A DNA stretch of 64,000 nucleotides, taken from an uncultured Nitrospiraceae bacterium (lineage in GTDB: Bacteria; Nitrospirota; Nitrospiria; Nitrospirales; Nitrospiraceae). The translations under genes and the position numbers were made by a program. The DNA lies in the NCBI GenBank assembly GCA_963706325.1, contig CAVPLT010000001.1, forward strand, positions 640,001-704,000. The letters run 5' to 3'. Below, piece by piece: positions 30,690-38,824 of this stretch. The notes below the pieces were generated by a model. The model did not search any database, was not told where the DNA came from, and saw nothing but the letters and a program-made list of their open reading frames with translations. Position 1 is the stretch's first letter. Each line of letters begins with the position of its first letter.

Positions 30690-31338
30690 GACGAAACCAA
30701 TTCGGCTCTTGCTGGTAGACGACCACGAAGTCCTTCGTATCGGTCTGCGAACCTTGTTCGCTGAAGCCGGGGCATTTCAGGTCGTGGGCGAGGCCGGCAC
30801 GATGGCCGCCGCGGTGGCGGAAGCCGCGAGATTGAAGCCACAGGTCGTGCTAATGGATGTTCGGCTTCCGGATGGGAGTGGAATCGACGCATGCCGCATG
30901 ATTCGTGCCGACCATGAGGATACGAGGGTACTGTTCCTAACCTCGTTCGCAGACGATGACGCCGTGCTCGCCACGATATTAGCCGGTGCCAACGGGTTTC
31001 TTCTGAAAGAAGTGAATAGTGAGCAGTTGATCCAAGCCGTTAAGACGGTGGCGTCAGGACGGTCCATCCTCGACTCAGCCGTCACTCAGAGGGTGCTCGC
31101 GAAAGTGCGATCCGAGTCCAGCCCATCACCGCAGGGGAAACGCGATCCATTGTCACCGCAGGAAGAACGGGTGTTGGCCTTAGTTGCAGACGGCAAGACC
31201 AATAAAGAAATCGCTGGATCTTTGAACTTGAGCGACAAAACCGTCGGGCACTACCTCGAGAACATTTTTCAAAAACTGCAGGTTACTCGTCGCGCGCAGG
31301 CCGCCGTCTATTTCACCCAACAACAGGCGAAACAATAG
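30673..31338 (+). CDS. NarL/LuxR-family response regulator
   Basis: LLVDDHEV, LMDVRLPD receiver; LSPQEERVL..GKTNKEIA HTH. Confidence 0.95.
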   Translation: MKPQSETKPIRLLLVDDHEVLRIGLRTLFAEAGAFQVVGEAGTMAAAVAEAARLKPQVVLMDVRLPDGSGIDACRMIRADHEDTRVLFLTSFADDDAVLATILAGANGFLLKEVNSEQLIQAVKTVASGRSILDSAVTQRVLAKVRSESSPSPQGKRDPLSPQEERVLALVADGKTNKEIAGSLNLSDKTVGHYLENIFQKLQVTRRAQAAVYFTQQQAKQ

Positions 31339-31401
31339 GGGCATCTGCCCCTGTCGAGTAGGGGAGAAATCGATCCGATATTGGAGCGACTTCCCCTACT
31401 C
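31337..31401. promoter_or_regulatory. Candidate response-regulator operator(s) upstream of the DsrE gene
   Basis: AGGGGCA-TC-TGCCCCT (7-2-7 inverted repeat) and GAGTAGGGGA-N26-TCCCCTACTC. Confidence 0.45.
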
Positions 31402-31476
31402 AACCCTCTGCATACTCCGTACGATAATCCCACGAGCTTGGTGCTAGGTCACATTAACCATCCTGAGGAGGTTGCC

Positions 31477-31947
31477 ATGTTGAGCCTATTGGGCCGCACA
31501 CAGATGTCGGTGATTATCTTGGCCCTCACAGCTGCGCTGGCTTTGCCATCCTGGCAGATTCAAGCGGGAGCAGCCGAAGGGCAGGGGAAGGTAAAGGTCC
31601 TCTACCACGTCGATGGAAAAGATCCAGAAGTGGCGAAGTACGCGCTGGCCCTTATCAACAAGCATATTGATGCGGAAGGTGGGCCCGATAAGATCGATGT
31701 CGAACTGGTCGTGCATGGACCAGCCTTGGAGTTGTTCGAGAAGGACAGAATGGATGCCGAGATGACGAAACGATTTGACCAGATTATCGAGAAGGGGGCG
31801 AAGGCCGAAATGTGTCAGGTCTCGATGAAAGCGTTCGGCAAAACCCTAGACAATCTGGCGAAAGGATTTGTCGCTACGCTGCATCCAGTGGCCGTCAAGC
31901 GCATCGCAGATCTGCAGAAAGAAGGCTATCTCTATATTAAGCCATGA
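31477..31947 (+). CDS. Exported DsrE/DsrF-like protein
   Basis: GAGGAGG RBS, signal peptide, KVLYHVD, ELVVHGPAL, single Cys (MCQVSM), LQKEGYLYIKP. Confidence 0.85.
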   Translation: MLSLLGRTQMSVIILALTAALALPSWQIQAGAAEGQGKVKVLYHVDGKDPEVAKYALALINKHIDAEGGPDKIDVELVVHGPALELFEKDRMDAEMTKRFDQIIEKGAKAEMCQVSMKAFGKTLDNLAKGFVATLHPVAVKRIADLQKEGYLYIKP

Positions 31948-31964
31948 AGAGGAGCTCGATAGTC

Positions 31965-32468
31965 ATGAATCAATTCGTTGCGATCATCGCCCTCTGTCTC
32001 ATCGTGCTCATAGGTGCTTCGGAACTGCAAGCGGCTGCAGGGGGCACCTCGGCGCCGGCGTTCGAATTGGTGACGTTCTCAGGCGAGACGTACAACAACG
32101 TAACGCAGAAAGGTCGGCCGTTATTGCTGATTTTCTGGGCACCCTGGTGCAACGTCTGCCAGCGTGACTTACCGCTCCTAAGCGAGTTTTATCAGCGCGA
32201 CAAACCGCCTCAGCTCGGTGTGGTCTCGATCGGTTTCGCCGACACCAGAACAAACGTCGAACGCTTTGTGAAAGAGCATGCTCGAACGTTCGTCTATCCG
32301 ACGGCGTACGATGAAGATCGATGGGTGGCGCAAGCGTTCAAGGTGAATGCAACTCCAACATACGTGCTTTTGGATGATCGAGGAAGCGTCGTACTAGTTC
32401 ACCGAGGAGGAGGAGTACTTCAGAACCCTCAGTTCCGGAGCTTTCTGCAGGCGATGGCCTCTAGCTGA
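31965..32468 (+). CDS. TlpA-family thiol-disulfide oxidoreductase
   Basis: APAFEL, FWAPWCNVC (CxxC), cis-Pro ATPT. Confidence 0.9.
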   Translation: MNQFVAIIALCLIVLIGASELQAAAGGTSAPAFELVTFSGETYNNVTQKGRPLLLIFWAPWCNVCQRDLPLLSEFYQRDKPPQLGVVSIGFADTRTNVERFVKEHARTFVYPTAYDEDRWVAQAFKVNATPTYVLLDDRGSVVLVHRGGGVLQNPQFRSFLQAMASS

Positions 32469-32783
32469 GTTAAGTTTTGGATTCGCGGAGGGGTAATCAA
32501 CGACGGCTCAGATAATAGAGCACTCAGTGCTCAAATGGTTTTGTGGTTAATCGAAGGGTAAGGCATGTCCGAGCCTTGAGAGTCTGATCTAAGCAGTTTT
32601 AACAGTGGCTTGATTTTGCGAGGGTTGCCCCGTTTTTTCTTTTGAATTGAGCGTTTAAGAGCATTCCATAACTTCTACTAGTTCGAACCAATATTGAGCA
32701 TTCTGACATTTTTCAGCACAAATCTAGCACACGAAAATGGGGCGAACCCCTGGGGTTTATGCCGAAGGATGACCTATCGATAC

Positions 32784-33179
32784 TCAGAGACGACCGGTTG
32801 CATGTGTGAGTTGAATATCTCCTTCCGTGACAATAACTTCATCCTGAAAGTCTTTGCCATTGGTCACATAGCCAATTTCCTTGTGAAGCTTACTTCCAGA
32901 CTGGAACTCGACTTTCACGTCGTAGTGGCTGTCGGCTTTTACCTCATAGAATCCGAAGGCGCTCTTGGTAGGCTGTATTGATTTCAGTTCAATCGTCTGA
33001 CCACACACTAACACGACGGCTCGCGTAATCGTTTCCTTAGCCTTATTGACCAATTTGATCTGCCCCTTGTTCGACGTGCAGGATGCAGTAACAATCCAAA
33101 TTAGTGCAGCACTTACAGCAACCAGGTTAAATCTCATTATTCTGACAATGAACCTGCGGTTTACGAAAACCATATCCAC
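32784..33179 (-). CDS. Hypothetical lipoprotein
   Basis: GGAGGA RBS, hydrophobic signal with TASC, beta-rich body; start 33179 or 33137. Confidence 0.65.
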   Translation of the reverse strand: MDMVFVNRRFIVRIMRFNLVAVSAALIWIVTASCTSNKGQIKLVNKAKETITRAVVLVCGQTIELKSIQPTKSAFGFYEVKADSHYDVKVEFQSGSKLHKEIGYVTNGKDFQDEVIVTEGDIQLTHATGRL

Positions 33180-33639
33180 AACAGCCCATCCTCCCCAAAC
33201 CCCCTACTCCACCGAAGGAAAACGAAGCACAGCCCGACAGCTAGCAATTAACTAGGTTGCGCTGAGTTGCGTGGCGAGTGAGGGTTCTGCCTTGAGGAGG
33301 GACACACTCACGGGCACACCAGCACCAGACGGGAGTACGTTGCATTCACTTTAAATAAACGCCTAACTGTGTGCTTTTCGCTTCCACCCCCACCCCCCCT
33401 GGTCACACCCCCCCCCCGCCCTCATTGGGTAGGGTCCCAAATTGGAAATGTGCGGTTGAAGCAAAAGTGAGAACACTACCGAGACGTTTCTTAAATTGCG
33501 GGGGAAACAAGAGAATTTTCTGTCACGGAACGGGGTTGGGGGGGGTGTGCATGACAAGTCAAGTATTCGCCGTTTGGGTACGGGAGGGTCTTGAGTGAAA
33601 TAGGACGGCAGTGGACCTAAGACCAACACATAAGACCCC

Positions 33640-33738
33640 ATGTTTCAGTTTTCCAACAAACCGGACGAGCTGTTTCTAGACTTGCTTCATGAAGCCTTGG
33701 ATCACGAATTGAAGCGCGTTTGGACGCCTAAGCCATGA
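33640..33738 (+). pseudogene. Short ORF, possible truncated N-terminus of a hypothetical gene
   Basis: MFQFSNKPDELFLDLLHEALDHELKRVWTPKP* reads protein-like but is only 32 aa. Confidence 0.3.
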
Positions 33739-33789
33739 CGCCATCCAGCCGGAACGTTAGACTAAAACACGAATCTAGAAAGCAAAGCT

Positions 33790-34125
33790 TCAAGCCTCCT
33801 TTCCTTTAGAAGAACTCTGTTTCATGGCGCGACGAAAGAAATCGCTCGTTGAAATCTTCAATTCTTCCCGAATGTCCCATGTCACTTGTTCCTCGTTCTC
33901 GCGGTAACCTTTCTCTTCGAGGATCTTCCAAATTCTCTTTCCCATGTGGTTGAGAGCAGCATGCTTGCTGTTGTACCGCGTACCAGAACAGAGCGGAATG
34001 CTGATTTCAAAACCAGGGGTATTCGGCGGGACCGCCTCCTCACGAACTGAGCACCGGCTCACGATCCAGTAGTCTTCTTTCCCCTTCTTCCGTACATTCT
34101 CCACCGCGATTACCGCATTGACCAT
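33790..34125 (-). CDS. Hypothetical protein
   Basis: GGGAG RBS before ATG at 34125; 111 aa charged protein. Confidence 0.6.
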   Translation of the reverse strand: MVNAVIAVENVRKKGKEDYWIVSRCSVREEAVPPNTPGFEISIPLCSGTRYNSKHAALNHMGKRIWKILEEKGYRENEEQVTWDIREELKISTSDFFRRAMKQSSSKGKEA

Positions 34126-34180
34126 AAACTTGCACTCCCTCGCTTGATGTTCGTGCACGTGAGATAAACACCGATCTCTG

Positions 34181-34345
34181 TTAAGTCCCAATCGAGCCTG
34201 ACGTATCCGTCACCACCATTGCGTCCAAGGCTTTGAGGTACAGACGAACCATGTCGATCTCATCTGCGTTGAGAGTGGCGCGAGCTGGAGACATGAGCGC
34301 CTCTGCGACACTTGCAAACGCTCGAACTTCGGAGCGAATGGGCAA
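34181..34345 (-). CDS. Small hypothetical protein (54 aa), paralogous to the C-terminal module of 34716-35330
   Basis: TTG start with GAAGGA upstream; IRSEVRAFASVAEALMSPARATLNADEIDMVRLYLKAL; below the ORF-track cutoff. Confidence 0.55.
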   Translation of the reverse strand: MPIRSEVRAFASVAEALMSPARATLNADEIDMVRLYLKALDAMVVTDTSGSIGT

Positions 34346-34715
34346 TATGGTGGAAGGATCCTTCAGAGGACGGAGTGTACGGAGGGTTCAGGAAGGGAGA
34401 GGATAACCGCAGTCGGAGTATTGCACGCTCTGGCATCTGGAGGGCCTAGGCGTGTACCTAGTATCCGAGAGGGTTCTGACAGACTAGGTAACTCACGTAC
34501 CTGGAGGTCTTGTCGGGAATGCGAGGAAATGTCTCCACCCCGCCTGTTCATGTCAGAATGAACTGAGATATTGTAGCGATGAATGTGCGAAGGCGGTAGA
34601 GGCCGCGAAGGGATACACCGTCCCAGCGTTAAAGAACTGTCCCTGTCAGCATCGAGGGTGCAAGGTGGATTGAGGATGAACCGGTGTTCGCATGTTTGGC
34701 AGAGGGAAATCGGCC

Positions 34716-35330
34716 TCAGTGATATTTGGCCGGGGAAAGGTCGTCGTAGCCATTGCCTGACGAGCCGCACCGTTCGCCAAAGAACTCACTCTTTGCGCAT
34801 TCAGCGACCAGCGAAACGACATAGAACTCGATCATCTCGCATTCCTCATCTTTCAGCGGGTCTCTCGGTGTGTGAGCCAACAAAGTCTCGGATGCTCGGA
34901 TAAACTCTTGAAGCTCCTTTCGCATGCTGTCAGCAGAGCCACTTCTGCCGGCTATTCCGCCAGTTAGACCAGAGTCCCTGGAGATTCTCTCGCATGCCAT
35001 GACGACCTCACGCAACGCCTCTTGCATCACCTCGGTCAGAATCTTCAGTTGCTCTTCTTGGCTCAACTCACAGGGGAGCTGCTCGGACGTGAGTTCTCTC
35101 AGTTGCTCGTGGAGCCGCTCAATGTAACGCGTCTTTGCCGCCGACACTCGCTCTTCAAGAGTCGGTTCACTACTCCCATGGACTTGGTAATGACCCGGAT
35201 AATGGGCATGTTCGGTGAATTCTTGCGACGACATGCCGATTCTGTAACTGCATTTCCGGCAGACATAAGCCCCCGTGAGGTACACCCCACCTACGGTCTC
35301 AAGCTGGTAGTCGTGCTGACAGTTGTCCAC
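34716..35330 (-). CDS. Hypothetical protein: N-terminal CxH...CxxC module plus helical modules
   Basis: Shares a 46-aa domain with 35733-36407 and a helical module with 34181-34345. Confidence 0.7.
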   Translation of the reverse strand: MDNCQHDYQLETVGGVYLTGAYVCRKCSYRIGMSSQEFTEHAHYPGHYQVHGSSEPTLEERVSAAKTRYIERLHEQLRELTSEQLPCELSQEEQLKILTEVMQEALREVVMACERISRDSGLTGGIAGRSGSADSMRKELQEFIRASETLLAHTPRDPLKDEECEMIEFYVVSLVAECAKSEFFGERCGSSGNGYDDLSPAKYH

Positions 35331-35732
35331 AGCGCGAAAATGGAGCCATTACTGAATGAGGACAACTAGCGAAATCCCTAGTCTGAAAGTAGCAAGGGGA
35401 CAGCACCCCCCATAGCTGGGCGGCTCGACGCCATCGGTTCACCCTGTGGCCCTCATTGGGTCGGGACTCTTGCCGGAAATGACCCGAAATGAGCGGTTAA
35501 AAAAAGGGCCGAAAAGATCTACCGGCCTTTCGGGCTATCCGGCGATGGTTAACTAAAGAAGGTGGCAAGAAGTGAATATCCGATACGGCAGAACCCCCCA
35601 CCTATGAAAGACCTTTCAATGTGAAGCCCAATGGGGTCAATCAGAGGTGCCAGACCTAGTGTGAAAAATCTCCTGCCTCTCTCAGCATGATGATCGTGGA
35701 TACTGAAAAGAATTACCATCAAGGATTAACCG

Positions 35733-36407
35733 ATGCCACCCTATTACAAGCAGCCGATACCAGTAGACACGATCCTTTCCAGCACCTCGCCTTTGTGCCC
35801 CGCCGTGGATTGCGATGGGAGAATGCAGATAGATTCTACCTCGAAGCGCACAAAAGGCTCGGGCCTGGCGCGAGTGCAATGTGGCCTGTGCCAGCATCGC
35901 GGCTTTCGATCCCTAGAAGGCGTCCATGTATTGTTTGGAGGACGGCATGAATATGTCTGTGGCTATGGGCCTTCAAGCAGCATCCTGACCATCCGGTTTT
36001 CCGAGAGTGCCTTGAGTCTTTTCCTCGATGCCTATCTGTCGCCCACGGAATCGGCGCTCTATGCGGCCCACTGGGCATTACTGAGGGGACACGTGGCTGG
36101 TAGAGTGAACATGGTCGCTGGCTCCCCTCAGTTTACCGATTGCTATGGGCACTTTTGTCGAGAATACGACGCGCGCTCAATGAACCCCGGTAATCGCGCC
36201 TGCCCACACGACTATGAACTTGAAACGGTGGGCGGCGTCTTTCTCACCGGTGCCTATGTCTGTCGCCTCTGCAGCGGTAGAGCCGGAATGTCACACGACC
36301 AATTCCATCAGCATGCCGACTATCCACGACAGTATCAGGAAAGCAGCAATGGGGAAGACTCAGAGCCCGCCCCCGCTGAGAGAAAAACATCCTCTACGGA
36401 AGTATGA
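35733..36407 (+). CDS. Hypothetical Cys-rich protein: N-terminal zinc-ribbon-like region plus C-terminal CxH...CxxC module
   Basis: AAGGA RBS; CPAVDC...CGLC and CPHDYELETVGGVFLTGAYVCRLC. Confidence 0.7.
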   Translation: MPPYYKQPIPVDTILSSTSPLCPAVDCDGRMQIDSTSKRTKGSGLARVQCGLCQHRGFRSLEGVHVLFGGRHEYVCGYGPSSSILTIRFSESALSLFLDAYLSPTESALYAAHWALLRGHVAGRVNMVAGSPQFTDCYGHFCREYDARSMNPGNRACPHDYELETVGGVFLTGAYVCRLCSGRAGMSHDQFHQHADYPRQYQESSNGEDSEPAPAERKTSSTEV

Positions 36408-36595
36408 TTTGGGGCGCAACGTGATTTCCTTCCCTTCCTCAGACCCAAACAAGACGATGAATGAGCTACTGAAAAACGTTGCTCAACAACATCACCCCAC
36501 TGTTCTCGCTGACCGCTAAATCCAGTGTCGTCTATGGCTGCGCACTCGTCTTGATCATCGGTCTTGTTCGTCGGGCGGTGTCCTGTTGCATTGGT

Positions 36596-38062
36596 TTAAC
36601 TGTTTGGAATTTCCATCCGGGAGTGTCGTAATCGTTCTCCCTCGGCTCGCTGCTCCTCCAGCAGCTTATAGGCAATATAGTACTTGTAGATGTTGGCGAC
36701 ATAGGTGACTGTCTCTTCACCGATCCGTTGCGCGGCGATGATTTCGACATTGTTGAACCAGACGTTTGGGTCGAGCCCGCGCTTTTTCGCTTCTTTCCGG
36801 AGTTTCTGAACGCGTCCCGGCCCGGCGTTATAGGCAGCGAATGAAAACAGAATCTTGTTGCGCGCGTCCATTGGCTCGTGCCCAAAGAATTGGTCCTGCA
36901 ATAAACGGATGTACTTGATGCCCGCGTGGATGTTTGGTTCAAGCTGCGTAATGTCGCCGGTGTTCATCTCGTTGCCGGTGGCAGGCATTAGCTGCATCAC
37001 GCCGACCGCACCGACGTCACTTCTGGCGTTCTGATCGAGCAGGGATTCTTGGTAGCCCTGGGCGACCAGCAACAAATAGTCCATGTCATACTGGGTGCCA
37101 TACTTCCGAAAATACTCGACCGTCCCCTGAAACTTCTTGATTTCGCCTGCCGAGGTCGCCTGTTTCACAATTCGCGGATTGCCGGCGTATTTGCTGACCA
37201 GAGTCTTTCCGAAGTCTGATTTCTGGCCATACTGTTGGGCGAACGCGGCAATCTCCGCTTTTAACTTCGGGCTGTCTTTGCGGATCATCCAGGCAAAGTC
37301 GCCTCCCTTATTGACCACCACATCTTCGTGCGGTTTGAGCTTCTTGAACACTTTCGCCCACAGCAGGGCTTGGTACCGGTCGACGACGACGATGCCGACA
37401 AGCCCGGCGTTCACCATTTCCAGCAAGTCATCGTCCTGGAGATCCTCCGGCGCGGTCTTGAGCGTTACGGGCGGCTTGTGCTCTTGAGCGAAGCGTTCGT
37501 TGAGATGCTCCAGGTGAGTCCAGAAACTCGACGACTTGCGAACGAACACCTGATTGCCCGAAAGATCGTCGACGGAGGCCAGCGCGGGAGAGGCCGGTCC
37601 CGTCACCGCGATTTCCCTGACGCCGCGAAAGAACGGCTCGCCAAAATCGACCTGTCCAAGGCGCTCCGGTGTGACGGTCAAGAGACCCGCCGCGATATCG
37701 CCGCGTCCCTCAAGCAATCCCGGGATCAGTTGTTCCCGCGACGTGGGGATAAAGACCACATGAATACGGATGTGTTTGGCATGCTTCTGGTACTGATTGT
37801 TGATTTCTGCCTGGAAGGCCTTGAGGAGTTCATATTCGGCGCCGGTCTGCCGAGCCCCGTTCAGCCAGTACGATGTGCGAGATGGCGCCACCAGCGCGCG
37901 AATGATGCGGCGCTGGACCATCCCGTCGAGATCCCCCTTCCACGGCTTAAAAATCGGAGGCGTTATCAGCGCAGGATGGTTTGGCGATTCGTTATCTTGT
38001 GCGAAGGCGGGAAGGGTCAGAACGGTGCAGAGGTGCAGGAGAACCAAAAGAGCATGCTTCAT
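36596..38062 (-). CDS. mltF: MltF-type lytic transglycosylase (SBP domain plus SLT domain)
   Basis: Signal peptide, GDLDGMVQRRIIRALV, GRGDIAA, AQGYQES, GAVGVMQLMP, AAYNAGPG, GEETVTYV. Confidence 0.88.
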   Translation of the reverse strand: MKHALLVLLHLCTVLTLPAFAQDNESPNHPALITPPIFKPWKGDLDGMVQRRIIRALVAPSRTSYWLNGARQTGAEYELLKAFQAEINNQYQKHAKHIRIHVVFIPTSREQLIPGLLEGRGDIAAGLLTVTPERLGQVDFGEPFFRGVREIAVTGPASPALASVDDLSGNQVFVRKSSSFWTHLEHLNERFAQEHKPPVTLKTAPEDLQDDDLLEMVNAGLVGIVVVDRYQALLWAKVFKKLKPHEDVVVNKGGDFAWMIRKDSPKLKAEIAAFAQQYGQKSDFGKTLVSKYAGNPRIVKQATSAGEIKKFQGTVEYFRKYGTQYDMDYLLLVAQGYQESLLDQNARSDVGAVGVMQLMPATGNEMNTGDITQLEPNIHAGIKYIRLLQDQFFGHEPMDARNKILFSFAAYNAGPGRVQKLRKEAKKRGLDPNVWFNNVEIIAAQRIGEETVTYVANIYKYYIAYKLLEEQRAEGERLRHSRMEIPNS

Positions 38063-38080
38063 TGGAATCCCCCACATTTT

Positions 38081-38119
38081 TAGAAGATCAACCTTTGTTT
38101 CGTTATCTGTAAGAATCAT
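38081..38119 (-). pseudogene. 13-codon stub resembling the N-terminus of KAP-family/QatA-type P-loop NTPases
   Basis: MILTDNETKVDLL with its own upstream RBS-like sequence, in frame with mltF. Confidence 0.45.
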
Positions 38120-38654
38120 GGTCAATCCCTAATCACCCCTTGGTAGCTCCATGTGATTGTCTGTTTAGAAAATATGCCAAAATGGTTTAAAGAGTATTGC
38201 AATGCACGCGGCAATCAGCATGCTTCAGCGGAGGGCGACTGGGTTGATTGCCAACCAAAATAATCTGTCCGTCTTCAAAGATCTCTGTTCAGTAAATGAG
38301 TGCAGATTATTGTTCCGCCCTGCTTCAAATGGCTTCGGGCAAGACATATTTGGCAAATGTCAGCTTGGGAGATCATAAGAGGTGGGCAAAATATATTTCT
38401 TTTACCCTACAAGAACAACCACTAATTCGTACTTCCGCTGGGTTATAGAATGCCAAAATGTAAGATATGCAGCCATGAGCGCACCAAAGCGCGCTTGAGC
38501 ATATCTATGCCTACTTCCCTTCTCTTTTCTCCTCGCTGATAATTTGTCCTCCCATGTCCCCTGCTGGCCCTTACTGGACTCTCGTGGGTACTTTACTTAC
38601 TACTTGCCGTTCACATAGGTTCGGAGAACGCGAAGCAACAGCCAGGAGGAAGCT

Positions 38655-38819
38655 ATGACACCGCAATGGGAGCCCTGTTCGGAGCAATACGTTCGTCCTT
38701 GGATTGGCGGCAAAGCCGGTCCGCGCCGCCTGCCGATAGGCAGGGGCGCGGACCGGAATGGCCCCCGTCTTGGTAACACGGGGGCGCTACCTACAGCGCT
38801 CCTTACAGGAGGTCGATAG
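38655..38819 (+). CDS. Leader ORF spanning the nick-site hairpins (possibly a detached Rep N-terminus)
   Basis: AGGAGG RBS, 54 aa, encodes GPRLGNTGA across the hairpin, stops 5 nt before the rep ATG. Confidence 0.4.
   Translation: MTPQWEPCSEQYVRPWIGGKAGPRRLPIGRGADRNGPRLGNTGALPTALLTGGR
38716..38785 (+). other. Putative double-strand origin / oriT (nick site) of the Rep_trans protein
   Basis: 18-bp GC stem with GATA loop (38716-38756) followed by GCCCCCGT-CTTGGTAAC-ACGGGGGC (38761-38785). Confidence 0.75.
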
Positions 38820-38824
38820 GTTCC

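Noticed and set aside
32518..32532. GAGCACT-C-AGTGCTC palindrome as a CIRCE element
   Set aside because: The half-sites resemble CIRCE but lack the 9-nt spacer, and no heat-shock gene follows
38140..38600. Coding gene in the AT-rich gap between mltF and rep
   Set aside because: Only short interrupted frames with nothing recognisable; probably degraded or regulatory DNA
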